A stretch of DNA of 64,000 nt, taken from IMG/VR virus record IMGVR_UViG_3300021963_000003, positions 17 through 64,016 of that record; one strand, written 5' to 3'. A program made the translations under genes and the position numbers. The number at the start of each line of letters is the position of its first letter. Within the stretch, counting starts at the first letter, position 1. Below the pieces are notes generated by a model. The model worked only from the letters and a program-made list of their open reading frames with translations, ran no database searches and had not been told where the DNA came from. Positions 12,701 to 21,288 of the stretch are shown one piece after another. The DNA comes from a virus (taxonomy: Duplodnaviria; Caudoviricetes).

Positions 12701-12761
12701 TTGATTCTAAAAATTTTGCCGCTAAATCTTCTGAAGGTAATTGAATTCTCTGCTTACTCAT
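3750..12761 (-). CDS. Large polyvalent virion (ejection/cargo) protein
   Basis: 3003 aa; hydrophobic G/A-rich N-terminal region; FHEGTH zincin motif; GWY..GPKIGAFYSNL..TIDRW glycosylase-like domain; LPD38-like C-terminus (DFAQRG..IAYLNSSIQ). Confidence 0.75.
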   Translation of the reverse strand: MSKQRIQLPSEDLAAKFLESNSSKIQLPSEDLAAKFLSAQKKNPIQSDMDLSVAKPSMDGSQEEDGWFDKLKGYASNIADATIGLGKGAERRLVTGAQGIMTLGSSLQNPYENMPTGFAGGEKYKLSFDQRMKMAEGANKDLEKYKFEKAKGSSQLIDIDLKDGIDVKFTAPDAEAFGEAIGDNLTQLGLNMFTGGVGLMVNFAANFENNYQEARKQGIPADRALGESAVRGGIETYIEKKFGLENLISKGIAKQGSKEAIKQITESVLTKKAFDETAKKAVGILNPINLAVGFAKGFVPEAAEEFVQTVADNGAQQLFNYYETKRNEDDPNAKSNLYKTQDENGNDVPVEMWSKQTLVGGLNAAIYGGIMGQAGATFINSRSFNPTIYSTLQNSYESTGKKGLTESKEDLIKGVGKALANGKIDQAGHDNAMRNIDLMEQNITSFNQGSEIPAYTRYQLFNIKNNVVPEEVNQMALQFAKAVAPIETPTADAINNDIESGNTTEFAVPDMISNAPEGFAQFIDKTPVQENGQTVFKGMIPNSLIQANQNNTSQIQGIAQEASTALASLTDNERIVSVDDIKRLGQQGSPIFKDSKNQLAFEYAFQKNEKEFQRRARRINLLKSVAKDIETNNTAITPESFQQKIENLYKYNVGDSVFFNNKSTKILDISNDGQKLKLSGVQEQISASDNDLRLEDSVTEQAVQPQPEEGQAVAEQPIVEQPKPEVIPLAEEQQITTGRTMRDAIDELIPFTYRGETGEIYKQGNGVVVFESPNRVYEFGNIRDIGDRSIDEFDIIPQEMEIGDDFSVTIDGNKFTNKSQNPFKAITYDADGNAVSIKLDNQSGKTRVIKGTRAMLIDAKYKIKQLFDESTRDQLAAAADDAARQATATAETARQSTETATTAEGKPTEQAPSIAEQERAQLIREIAAKLVQEESQEMTENKQAIASLSSSLFSSGIKVEVLDTEGIRTKYGKQNVEQGMFLSNDGVVVINESMLPSEWGKTVIFHEGTHPIINIIRNTEPKLYNQLVSAAKEEAKTNPEVNKILQQIKNSPSYGDEFTRNDELVVEIIARVASGKLNLNDVKPSLKQAIVDFINKIAKVLGFNPVLNDTDQSALNRLATQISNVLKEGRDISEIVGVENVSKFANESTQFRVNEVFDGILEQLGISAAKESKKGITNYGVASALNKYYNKKFNALAIDDFGDNALKIVSDYATDETVFAMQKFGDKSGKGWYTEDFAAAVDRISEIYPAIKEKEDVREIATIIISIASNSTDVSTNLMRVIYGLETYQKTGKIPSDIGTGKALSAIATTINRYNRLLETFDNNPVKLKEFLQTVRPISESKKAIVEHLGVSSYAKVLSSDYATNPDWDDAQVLPTSIIIFGPKIGAFYSNLSGLGGTPTIDRWCIRTMFRYRGDMRAKVLSVDFDKFIKANNLEGQSKGNVLALAESHAKLFDRLLGGRGVYASLTKEQRNAEMSKYRQGKSIYSKSADVVNDIKDGLTDDIKNKTKFAKDFRTFTKETFEKVQDNILETTGEKLDISDIQAILWIFEKNLFGYLGVKQREDSTYSAAANRIVTSINNGNVSLESVINGTAKLADMKLDGVIEEGAMGDQYLIDDEDFKNGIDANKGDVNIEAQYSDLDRNYTMESTVADAGMTVAERQAWKDKNQVSQRQERNPIVQKTVEALNNGLATLDEYVAVVRTNMPIKLMPEVPKIPSFKEIVGALSDGALSKAGIVGLNKTFKDGERVASRLDIPAYNAYDTWVVSVHGSSDDKIKAYGQTAVLKNVEFRTKPQGAINIAIDKTKATIARIHGDWVNESPEAVHKRATELMNDPAWTQVGMNPFRHSFFYDKNDGTAVVSADEVIQVGALVLAKNVVKAPFGSQAFIDNFSMKNKLGETIQFSDINRDDKRIQFVRNNLNNYSKSELTEGLMEAFAMSREDAQRIVDKASADPLTPSLPQDNPDTSIPEGAKVNEKSSVVDAYNEGYDKAKKSLLDRAENLWEKTKKEIALQYDSKFYGRRNLAQASTQTSLAQSRLRNLNGIAYSAGQELSQIYNDIFGNGLQEQGEKKLNLMIFNLRILQVDKNTERQYQDEIEKLTVNFIDTIGRMPSSIESASITRQARTNVPVKKHGKTLDGRTDATSQTAEAFLDALRLEIGESEYDMLTARADMYRKVGNEQVIKLRDAGIISKEIADTYKDDFYSYRKTLDRLYGEQDMSITMLNGVSSVKGWAALSKEGTENFLEQDARLLLAESYIGTARAIAKNKLREAIFDENIKTDENGIQSAVIGKNGQQITFMRPANYLRDNQGNIRSNGKQLSVNNADEGFVNVPYKKDGVINYYQMETEMFNQIEGNNIVWKDGELSGTVSNIYYNTTDWANRQLTGFATRNNPVFWIGNISMDLQQQVFFSDIWTQGGIIESNVYSAGARALARAIKFSDFFGNNKEFVDKTLQEYISAGGAMDRMSTMKEQRQRSINIALVNGEENKKGQWLKTKAKAVLSYMNEKTELAMRLAAYDQSKKNLIKKFQDENGGANPNESDILKIQEIAAAQSRAYTDFAQRGTSLPNLNIAYLNSSIQAAGAAVEYIADNKGQTAAKLSQLVVGKFLGTMAIMALMGDAYDELDEYRKDLYSFLFAFDTKVKDANGNPIFVTADVKNNPTLVPFLGVTRTFAEMTMRQLQGKEQKDIPAADRFFDLLNVASPIPIPNVTSIEGIKNAIPKIISKHVLANAVIKGAMNYDSFRDKQIESDRDQELSPYMRGQDDPNIPYFYKAMARSMSNNTSQNQVSPKKMQAVAETFITAPSTNILIGLGYGVLSEIANKIIPAKSEGEFGESGLSGSKLLKTVTKRFATFTDAEKAEFRRNEELYKMSKEESMKYNDVDKSIDTILKNMYKADSKNFFTNVDKMAKESGYWDSDQLMERIDRKANLIDNNAIDRSYIKSDIANEVKILHYTKGAEGKAKLIKYMYDNDAAKARQVIDGLIDYGTSSKEAYETEDIYNELIKKK

Positions 12762-12787
12762 TAATTATTTGTTTATAAATTAATATA

Positions 12788-14374
12788 CTATTGAGATTTT
12801 AAAAAAGCAAGGTATGTAGCATCGCTCATTTTTGCATAAATGCCTGTATTTCTTCCTGGGTCAGATAGTAATTCTGAATCCGTATATTTGCTATAAGTAT
12901 TTTTAGCAACTCGTCCTGAAGCAGGAGTAGGCTTTGGCATTGTAGGCTTTTCTGTAGGATTACTATTTGTTGGCAAACTATAAAGAGTTCCAATAGCTTT
13001 TCTTACCATAGCTTTTTGCTTAGATGGGATACCTGAGCCAACATTTATTTCTTGAGAAAGTTCTGTATTAAATTCATCAAAGTTAGAAACTTTCTTCCAT
13101 TTAAATCCAGCTCCCCTTTCACTCTTATCCATTTTTGCGGATATTTTATTTCCACGATTATGCCAAGCTTCTACCCACACTCCTCCGTTTTCATCTCTAG
13201 CAACAGATTTTATAATTCCTTGTTGTCCATTTATGTTAAGACTTATGTCTTTTCCAATAGGATACTTTGTTAGATTAACTTGATTTCCCGTTGAGCTTCC
13301 TTTAAATGATACTTTGGTAAAATCCTTATATGGGTCGTACATCATATCAACTTCCTCTTGGTCAGCTTTTTTATTATAATAATTAGCTGAAGCCCAAGAC
13401 GATGCTGCACTAGCCGCCTTAGCATTTAAATCAGATTTTAATATTAATCCTTGATTTTCAGTTGCAAATCTAGCTGATTCTGCTTTATATTGTTCTGTTT
13501 CAGTTTCTGCTTTAGACTTAACTTGAGTAGATTGAACAGTCATTGGAATCTTATCAATAGATGCCTTAACTATTTCTTTATCACTTAAATTCTGACCTTC
13601 AAACCCTGCCTGCTTTCTCATTAACACTAATTGCTCAGGACTAGTAGCTTGTATTCTAGCTAACTCTTGGTCAGCGTAATCCATTGTAACTTGCTGCCCA
13701 TTAACAATCATAGTCTTTGGTTCAGGAGGTATTATGTTACCCTGTGCTCCAAAACTCCATCCTGCAGGCAACTCAGCTTGCACTCTCATTAAAGCCCCTG
13801 TCTTAGGGTCTACAATATCACGAGCGGTTTTTTTATATGGATTAGATGACAAGTAAGACTTGCCAAACATCTTAAACGAATCTAAGTTGTTAGTATAAGT
13901 GTCCGCTAAAGCCTTCTGTAAGTCTTGTGGATTCTTAACTAAGTTCTCGTCTCCCATCTTAGCAGACAAGTCCTTGTAGAACTTTTCAAAGCTAACTAAG
14001 TTGTCCTTATTAGCAACTCCTAGCTGCAACATCCTCTCATATTCCTTAGCCCCCACGTCATAACCTTGCTTAAGGTCTCCTATCTCGGACACTTGCTGAC
14101 GTATATCCCCTAATGCAGAATAGTCTAGTTTACCGTTCTTCATTATTGCAGAACTTGTCTTACCTAACAAATCATTTGCCTTAGAGGTAATAGACTTCTG
14201 ACCAAATATATTTAAGTTCTTTTTAAGAGCCTCAATGTTTTGGAAAGCGTTCTCAGCTAAGTTGTAGTCCCTTTGTTGTTGTGCAATAACTTGTGTAAAT
14301 ATATTACCAACTCCAGAAGCTGCTTGCTGGAATCCTTGTTGAATGTTTTGCGACGGGTCGTATGTGTATGCCAT
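12788..14374 (-). CDS. Putative ejection/internal virion protein
   Basis: 528 aa, helical N-terminus; lies between the pilot-like protein and the giant protein. Confidence 0.55.
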   Translation of the reverse strand: MAYTYDPSQNIQQGFQQAASGVGNIFTQVIAQQQRDYNLAENAFQNIEALKKNLNIFGQKSITSKANDLLGKTSSAIMKNGKLDYSALGDIRQQVSEIGDLKQGYDVGAKEYERMLQLGVANKDNLVSFEKFYKDLSAKMGDENLVKNPQDLQKALADTYTNNLDSFKMFGKSYLSSNPYKKTARDIVDPKTGALMRVQAELPAGWSFGAQGNIIPPEPKTMIVNGQQVTMDYADQELARIQATSPEQLVLMRKQAGFEGQNLSDKEIVKASIDKIPMTVQSTQVKSKAETETEQYKAESARFATENQGLILKSDLNAKAASAASSWASANYYNKKADQEEVDMMYDPYKDFTKVSFKGSSTGNQVNLTKYPIGKDISLNINGQQGIIKSVARDENGGVWVEAWHNRGNKISAKMDKSERGAGFKWKKVSNFDEFNTELSQEINVGSGIPSKQKAMVRKAIGTLYSLPTNSNPTEKPTMPKPTPASGRVAKNTYSKYTDSELLSDPGRNTGIYAKMSDATYLAFLKSQ

Positions 14375-14376
14375 TT

Positions 14377-15309
14377 TTAATAAGGAGCTTCTTGATTAAA
14401 TTCTTTATTATAAGGATTGTAATTCTGAAAGGGATTATTAACTTTAACAAGATTAGTTTGAAATCCTTGTCCCGCAAATAAAGGATTTATCATATTTTGC
14501 CCCGTAGGTCCTAATAATAAATTTCCTGTAAGTTCATTTGTTTTCTTCCCACCTCCATATATCTGACCTAGCATGGCTAAGTTGTCTTTTTGATTCTTCA
14601 TCTGAGTTAAACCTCCACCTATAGTAGAAGCAACCCCTCCAATACCAGACCATATAGCAGACCTAGCATTTTGTACCGCAGCAGCCGATGCTTGCTGTTG
14701 TTCAAATAATGATTGGTCTAACGCCATCCCACCTTGAAATTGTTGCTGAGACAACCCTAATAATTGTTGTTGTTTCCCAGCTTCAGATTCAAACTGAAGT
14801 CCTGCTTGTTGTGCTTGTGCTGCAGCAGTCTGACCTAAAGATTGTAGGTAGTTCTGTTGAGCTTGTTGCCCCATCTGTTGACGTTGTTGTTGAGATGTGA
14901 TGTCGATGTTTTGCATCTGAGCACCTTCTTGTTGTTGCCCCATCAAAGCGGCTGTTAGCAAGTCAGAGGATGAACCTCCTGCACGTTGCGATGCGGCTAA
15001 TGTATTAGCTGTAGACTGCCTAACTTGCTCTCTCATTATATCCTCTCCTGCTACGCGACCACCGCCTGCCATACGCTTACCTAACTCAGCCGCTTGCTCT
15101 GCCTTAACAAACTTGCTTATATCTCCTTGATATGTTTTAAGCCCTTGGGCTTGATTAATTAAGTCTCCGTATCCTTTTGTAAAGGCAGACTTCTGTTGCT
15201 TACCAAATTCGGTTTGGCGGTCAAATTGTCTTTTAGCTTCCGCCTTCTGACCAACTGCCCCAATTACACTTCCTACAGCACCTAATCCTTGTAATATAGC
15301 ACCTATCAT
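14377..15309 (-). CDS. Putative DNA pilot/ejection protein
   Basis: G/A/Q-rich with hydrophobic G-rich termini; follows the muzzle gene as in podoviruses. Confidence 0.65.
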   Translation of the reverse strand: MIGAILQGLGAVGSVIGAVGQKAEAKRQFDRQTEFGKQQKSAFTKGYGDLINQAQGLKTYQGDISKFVKAEQAAELGKRMAGGGRVAGEDIMREQVRQSTANTLAASQRAGGSSSDLLTAALMGQQQEGAQMQNIDITSQQQRQQMGQQAQQNYLQSLGQTAAAQAQQAGLQFESEAGKQQQLLGLSQQQFQGGMALDQSLFEQQQASAAAVQNARSAIWSGIGGVASTIGGGLTQMKNQKDNLAMLGQIYGGGKKTNELTGNLLLGPTGQNMINPLFAGQGFQTNLVKVNNPFQNYNPYNKEFNQEAPY

Positions 15310-15321
15310 TTTGTTAATATT

Positions 15322-18300
15322 TTATGAGTGTCCTGTTATTGGGCTTACTTCTATGTCTATTGAATTAACACGCATATTCTGTGTTTTATCTTTCAAAGTT
15401 AATAAGAAATTATTTAAATAACCCACAATATAATTACCTTCTATTATCCCACCTGTAGAACTACTATCTCTCATTACGTGGGCATATATTCTATTGTCTT
15501 CTAAAAGCCAATTAGTTTCGTTTATTGCACTTGTTTGACCGTTGTCGTTTGTGATATCTATCGTCAACAAAGAGCTTTTAATGTAGTTAGGTTGGTTGTA
15601 GTCTATCACGTTCATGTCGTGGAGCACAGCCACATTTAATGGCATCACAGGCAGTTGGCTATTGACAACAAACTTAATGTTACCATTAGAAGCCGTAGCC
15701 CCTAAGAACGCATTATAATCATTCTTACTGCCACTCTCTAGTGACCTATAAAGAACACCGCTCTTAAACAACAACATCCTGTCTCCATAGCTCTCTGCAA
15801 AGTTTGGAACAAAGTCATACGCTGCAATCCAACGCTTTAAGTTATCTGAATACCCTAAAGACTGAGTCTCGCTACCTACTGCAATAAAGCACATATTATG
15901 GAACGGGTCGTAAGAGAACGTTGCTATACCGCTCTTGCTTCTAAATGTAGAACGCATATAAGTATCACTTGGTAGCTCTAGTCCATCTGGGGTGTACTTA
16001 ACTACCTTCTTGTTAAAGTCGTCCCACCACCATATAACTCCCTTGTAGTTCATCACAGACCTCTTATCTATCATACCTAGGTTATTGCCAAAGTTTCTGA
16101 TAGTACCAATCATATTGGCTGTTAACGAACGAATAGAGGCGTTGTTTCCTTGAGATAGTTCTTGCTCTCCTAGCATTATATAGGCGGACTCACGCTTACA
16201 TAACACAATCATCATACTACCGTTTCCTTGTAGCCTAGATGCTCTCTGTAGTCCTGTGATTTCTCCGTTCTCAATAGCTACATCGTTGCTATCTAAGGAG
16301 AAGAATGAGCTTATATTATTAATCTTAGTCCCTTGCACATAATTGCCCCCGTACCTAATTGTATTAGTCCTTGGAGTTGTCACAATGTTTTGTGCTGAAA
16401 GTAATGGCTTACCTGAAGAAGTGTTCCACTGAGGATTAGTTATTGCGTTTGATATAGAGCGGAACAAGTACTTAGTCTTAGTTGCCGATACCTCTGCATT
16501 ATAATTATAAGATGTAATACTATTAACAGGAGTTCTGTCTCCGTTTAAGGTAATAACAACACTGTTAGCAGACGCTGACCTTCTAGCAACTGTAATGCTA
16601 GCTGTATTTATTGCCCCTTGAAATTCTACGGTTAATGTAAATCTAACTTCAAACCTATCATTTGGATTAATGTCCTTCTTTAACTTATTTAATTCAATAG
16701 TATGAGTTCCAACATAATCCATAGTTGGGGTACTCGGAGGCAAATTAACGCTATCCGCAGTAATATAAACTTCGTCTCCAAATGTTTCAGAGCCTAAGTC
16801 ATATTTATTTGTTGTGTTATTATAAGGAACTTTATATACTTGCATTTTTAATGCCCAATCAAACTTGCCCTCTACTTCAGTTCCTGTAGGAGTATTCTGC
16901 GACAAAGCCTTAGTTACCTGTAAGTTATACGCAACCGTCATCTTGTTTACTCCAGCATCTTGCTCACCAACAATATAATATCCAGTTGTCTTAAACGAGG
17001 TTCCTGTAGAGTTTGCTACGTTACTTGAGTTTAATATTACATCTGAATACGAACTTGAAATAGAGGTAAATACAGGACTTTCTAGCTTTACGACAGTACC
17101 AATTGATGAGAAAGACGCAGTTAAATCAGAAAAGTTATGCGTTGAGTTAACGGTAGTAACTACGTCCTCTACTACAGGACTTCCCTTAGAAACGTCTGTT
17201 ATGAATGGGGATGTCACATAAGTAGGCATATCTATTGTAGAGAACACCATATCCCCTAATAGCTTGCTTCCTGATGCAGGACCATTTAGTGGACCCCCCG
17301 CCGTAACGGCAATAGATGTTGTGGGAGTTGGTCCTGTTGTTACTATAGGAATTAAGTTTCCGTATTCATAAAACACCAAAGACTCATCCTCTTGTTGTTG
17401 CTTAGGGGTATATATCTCAAAGGCTAAAGTAGATGGGTCTACCGTAGTAGTATTTGTCATTACGTCGCCTGAATACGCACAATAGATTAAGTTATCATTC
17501 TGCCCTATAATCTTTAAATCAAGAACTCCATTAGGAGTCTTAACAGATACATAGTCTCCTTGCTGCCAAGTATATATTCTTCCCGCACGAATCATTCCCA
17601 TCATATCAATAACAAACGCATTAATTTCTTTTAGGTCATCCTTAGTTACAGACTGAACAAAACTTAATAACGTCGTTACCTCCTTAGTCTTCTCGTCTAC
17701 AGTAGTCTTCTTTAATTCAAAGAATATACTACTAGCATACCCTTCAAAGATATACGACTTAGATATATTCTTAGTATATACGAATTGGGCAAACTTAACC
17801 CAAGTTGGAATGTTTGCTACGGTTGCCGTTATATTAGGGACAAGAGGCACAGTACTTGTGATGTCACCCCCGAATTTACCTGTATTAAACTTAATGTATT
17901 TTTCTACACCCCTAGTCTTCATTGCCTTGTCATAGTAGGCAAGACCTATTGCATAAGTTGAATTATTTGCAAATGGCTTAACGTACGCAGAAGCTCCTGT
18001 CTCACTACTTGCTACCACAGCAGAATCGCCTAAGTAGGATTTATGTGTAGAACCAGCAGGCAAGGTATACCCTAAAGAAGCTGTTGGGTCAGAAAATGTT
18101 ATAGTTCCAACGTTTGCATCGTAGTCGTCTTGAATATTAGCTAGGAATATTCTATTCTTAGCTATCTCTATATTCTTTGTCCATACAGGTACTGCATCAA
18201 ATGGCTTTCCTGTAGTAATAATATCTAAACTTTCAAATATCTGCCCTGTCCAAATAAACGTAAGAGCATCTCCTGTACTATCTGTTTTATTAGAATCAAT

Positions 18301-19050
18301 CCTTCTCCACGTGCCATTATTTCCTATTCGTACGTATACTTCTAGATATAATGCATAGTCAGGTTTATTTGCGTGAGTATATGTAAATGTATATTTTTCT
18401 GTATTCTTTTCTCCCTTATACATTTGAGTGTAGTTCCCTAATGCAGAGTACTCGTAGTTATCATACTGATACCTATAAGCAAACTGAAAATCGGCAGACT
18501 CTAAGAATTCTACTCCTTTGTTCGTAGAAGATAATGACTTAACAATAGTTGCTACATTATTAGGAGTAGTCTTTTGTAATGTTAAGTTTTCTATCGTTAC
18601 AGTCTTAGGGTCAGTTAATTGCCTCTTTGCCCAAAAAGATAAAGGAGTTCCACTGCCCGCATAATTCCAAACCAAACTCTCGCCAATAATTCTTAGGTCA
18701 GGAATTAATCCTTCTGCAGCTCCGTGAGTGTAGTTAAGTACAAGTGCGGGATTTACTAATGCACCTGTTGAAGAGTTAACTGCTATTTTATAAATAGAAG
18801 CTACAGTAGATACAACAGCTAGTACATAAATAGAACCGTCCGTGTCTTGTGCTGTAGCTACAATTGTGCCTGAGATAGCTGTAAGTCCTGTAGTCTTGAT
18901 AGAGTCCAACATCCTAATAGCTCCTGCTCCTCCGTCTTTACCAGAATCAAATATAATGTTATTGGCTGAAAGGTAGTCTCCCTCAGGTAGGTTATTAGGG
19001 TCAATGTCTTGGTTTAAACCACCAGTCGCTCTTAGACTTATCTTAGCCAT
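15322..19050 (-). CDS. Tail muzzle/stabilization protein (P22 gp10-like, crAss-type)
   Basis: 1242 aa; N-terminal GGLNQD.DP..LPEGDY..A.N; YQFAYRY-like motif and NRIFLAN; beta-propeller-like C-terminus. Confidence 0.75.
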   Translation of the reverse strand: MAKISLRATGGLNQDIDPNNLPEGDYLSANNIIFDSGKDGGAGAIRMLDSIKTTGLTAISGTIVATAQDTDGSIYVLAVVSTVASIYKIAVNSSTGALVNPALVLNYTHGAAEGLIPDLRIIGESLVWNYAGSGTPLSFWAKRQLTDPKTVTIENLTLQKTTPNNVATIVKSLSSTNKGVEFLESADFQFAYRYQYDNYEYSALGNYTQMYKGEKNTEKYTFTYTHANKPDYALYLEVYVRIGNNGTWRRIDSNKTDSTGDALTFIWTGQIFESLDIITTGKPFDAVPVWTKNIEIAKNRIFLANIQDDYDANVGTITFSDPTASLGYTLPAGSTHKSYLGDSAVVASSETGASAYVKPFANNSTYAIGLAYYDKAMKTRGVEKYIKFNTGKFGGDITSTVPLVPNITATVANIPTWVKFAQFVYTKNISKSYIFEGYASSIFFELKKTTVDEKTKEVTTLLSFVQSVTKDDLKEINAFVIDMMGMIRAGRIYTWQQGDYVSVKTPNGVLDLKIIGQNDNLIYCAYSGDVMTNTTTVDPSTLAFEIYTPKQQQEDESLVFYEYGNLIPIVTTGPTPTTSIAVTAGGPLNGPASGSKLLGDMVFSTIDMPTYVTSPFITDVSKGSPVVEDVVTTVNSTHNFSDLTASFSSIGTVVKLESPVFTSISSSYSDVILNSSNVANSTGTSFKTTGYYIVGEQDAGVNKMTVAYNLQVTKALSQNTPTGTEVEGKFDWALKMQVYKVPYNNTTNKYDLGSETFGDEVYITADSVNLPPSTPTMDYVGTHTIELNKLKKDINPNDRFEVRFTLTVEFQGAINTASITVARRSASANSVVITLNGDRTPVNSITSYNYNAEVSATKTKYLFRSISNAITNPQWNTSSGKPLLSAQNIVTTPRTNTIRYGGNYVQGTKINNISSFFSLDSNDVAIENGEITGLQRASRLQGNGSMMIVLCKRESAYIMLGEQELSQGNNASIRSLTANMIGTIRNFGNNLGMIDKRSVMNYKGVIWWWDDFNKKVVKYTPDGLELPSDTYMRSTFRSKSGIATFSYDPFHNMCFIAVGSETQSLGYSDNLKRWIAAYDFVPNFAESYGDRMLLFKSGVLYRSLESGSKNDYNAFLGATASNGNIKFVVNSQLPVMPLNVAVLHDMNVIDYNQPNYIKSSLLTIDITNDNGQTSAINETNWLLEDNRIYAHVMRDSSSTGGIIEGNYIVGYLNNFLLTLKDKTQNMRVNSIDIEVSPITGHS

Positions 19051-19067
19051 TTGTTAAATATTAAGTG

Positions 19068-19826
19068 TTAGTTTTTAAGACTACCAACAATTCCGTTTCT
19101 TATTGAACCAAGTACTTCTGCAAAGTCTGTAGCATTCATCCTAGACCTAAATATTCTACGAGCATTGTCGTATTCTTGTTTAGCTAGTTGATACTTACCT
19201 AGTGTACTTCCCTCTGCCTTAACTGCCATCATTTGTATGTACTTTGTAATTACATCTGTAGCATAAGGAGTTACTACATTAGCTGTAGAGCGGGACACTG
19301 CCGAGGTCATATATGTTAACGTAACCTTAGTTAGTATCATTCCGTTACTAAACACAATCTCTTGGTTAGTCTCGTCTATGTCATACGTTAACTTGGGAAA
19401 CCTTGCCCTACCGTAGTACCTTCCTACAAGCTCGCCCCTAGTGTTCATATTATTAGAACCTGAGATTAAGTTGTAGTTTATTTCTGCGTCGTAGTTTATG
19501 CTAGTAGATGACTCGTAAGGAATCTTATTACCTGCTGAATCGTAGTTGTATCTTTTATTTAAAGTACGTTCTCTTTCCATTGGAAGTACCCTCTCTCCGT
19601 GCTTAGCTGATATATCTATAAAGTCAATAAAGTCAGCAGGTAAGATAGCTCTTTGGTAAGACGTTACATCTAACTCAACCACCTTTACGTTGCCTAAGTT
19701 AAAGTCCATAGACAACTCGTCCGCGATTCTTAATGCGTGGTGTAAGTACCTAGTGTAGTAATGTAATGGAAGCCCGTTGTCTAACAACGCATCTCTAACA
19801 ATTATATTTATAGACTTAGTTTTCAT
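19068..19826 (-). CDS. Tail ring/adaptor protein (crAss-type)
   Basis: LPADFIDFIDI motif; size and position. Confidence 0.65.
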   Translation of the reverse strand: MKTKSINIIVRDALLDNGLPLHYYTRYLHHALRIADELSMDFNLGNVKVVELDVTSYQRAILPADFIDFIDISAKHGERVLPMERERTLNKRYNYDSAGNKIPYESSTSINYDAEINYNLISGSNNMNTRGELVGRYYGRARFPKLTYDIDETNQEIVFSNGMILTKVTLTYMTSAVSRSTANVVTPYATDVITKYIQMMAVKAEGSTLGKYQLAKQEYDNARRIFRSRMNATDFAEVLGSIRNGIVGSLKN

Positions 19827-19828
19827 AT

Positions 19829-20473
19829 CTATTGAGCTTGTTGTTGACTAGCTAGTTCTGCTTGTGAAACCCTACCTCCGCTAATTATATTTAATACCTC
19901 TGTAATTACAGCAGACTCTACCTCAGGAGATATAGGTAACATATCATTGTCCGCAAACTGAGAAAAGTCAGATGCTAGTATGTTAATTATAACAGAACTT
20001 ATTGAACCGTTTCCTGCTAATGTAAGGTCTTTAGTAAAGAAAACCTTCTTGCCTTGAACGTAGTATCCAATTTGACCTTCTAAGTAACTTAGGTTAGCTC
20101 CTTGAAATACCAACACATCTTGTGAAGGAATAGGGATATACGGAGTCAGTGCAGCACCTGATGCAGCTATATTCCATATACCCATATCTAAGGGTAATGT
20201 TAATGGAATAACAGGTAATGTTATAAAAGAACGGTTGTTAGGTGCGTCAGCAGTTACCGATGCAGTATATTGAATAAGACTACACTTAGGTATATCTACT
20301 AATCCTGCCTTAAATGACTCAGCTACTTCAAGCTTTAATATCTTGTTGATAGCTTGGCTCACAAGAAGCATAACCTCCCTAATATCTATTGTATCTGACT
20401 CATTTCCGCGGTCCAAGAATCGAGTATAGATTCGCTGCACTTGCTCCGATAAAATTGCTTTTGTAACTGCCAT
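19829..20473 (-). CDS. Tail ring/adaptor protein
   Basis: Size, position, helical N- and C-termini. Confidence 0.55.
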   Translation of the reverse strand: MAVTKAILSEQVQRIYTRFLDRGNESDTIDIREVMLLVSQAINKILKLEVAESFKAGLVDIPKCSLIQYTASVTADAPNNRSFITLPVIPLTLPLDMGIWNIAASGAALTPYIPIPSQDVLVFQGANLSYLEGQIGYYVQGKKVFFTKDLTLAGNGSISSVIINILASDFSQFADNDMLPISPEVESAVITEVLNIISGGRVSQAELASQQQAQ

Positions 20474-21288
20474 TATGCGTATCTTAAATATGTGTTGTTC
20501 TTACATTTTCCATAAAGCTTTAATTTCAACATACTGTAACTTATATTGTATGAATCCGAAGCTTGTTTTATAGAATCGTATATTACTCCATTTTCTGTAT
20601 TATAAATATATATTTTATTCTTTCTATTTTGAGACATCTTTAGCTTAACCTGTTCTGAATTTCTTTTTCCATAGTTAGCATTTTTGTTGCCAATTCTATC
20701 TTCAGACATTTTTGCTTTTGTTTCTATAGTATGAGTCTTCCCTTTTATGGTTTGCCTCATTTTCTCTTTTGATTCTTCTGAATGATTTTTACCAAACATA
20801 GGATTATTTTCTCCTCCAAATGCAATGCTATGCTTCTTCAATCTCTCTGGAGACATTTTTTTGCCAAGTAATTTTTCTGAAATTTTTGCCTTACATTCTG
20901 CTGTACGAGTTTTTCCAAATTGAGGATGCCTTTCTTTTGCTAATTTACCTTTCATTGAATCACTCATCTTGTCTAATCTTTCTTGAGTAAAAACTACACC
21001 AAGAACCCCTTCGCCTCCATCAGTAAAATTACACAATATTCCATTATTTAAATTAATCCTTCCATATAATGAAATAAGCTCTTTTTCTTTTTCGCAAGCA
21101 CTTTCCCAAGAAATATCATCCATTACAATATCTATTTTATAACCATACTTTTCAGAAATTCTATTCCAAAGTTCATTTCTTCCATATTTATAATTAGCCC
21201 TATAATAATCTCCATTATCATCGCTTCCAATTCCAATATAGAACGGCTCGTTTTTGTCTAATCTTATATGTCTATAAACGTATGCCAT
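20473..21288 (-). CDS. GIY-YIG-like homing endonuclease with NUMOD3 repeats
   Basis: YVYRH...FYIGIG, N.TDGGEG and repeated H(S/T)EE.K.KM motifs; lower GC; inserted between ring genes. Confidence 0.85.
   Translation of the reverse strand: MAYVYRHIRLDKNEPFYIGIGSDDNGDYYRANYKYGRNELWNRISEKYGYKIDIVMDDISWESACEKEKELISLYGRINLNNGILCNFTDGGEGVLGVVFTQERLDKMSDSMKGKLAKERHPQFGKTRTAECKAKISEKLLGKKMSPERLKKHSIAFGGENNPMFGKNHSEESKEKMRQTIKGKTHTIETKAKMSEDRIGNKNANYGKRNSEQVKLKMSQNRKNKIYIYNTENGVIYDSIKQASDSYNISYSMLKLKLYGKCKNNTYLRYA

Noticed and set aside
3750-12761. Virion RNA polymerase as in crAss phages
   Set aside because: No DFDID/DxDGD catalytic motif in a plausible context; other polyvalent-protein motifs explain the sequence.
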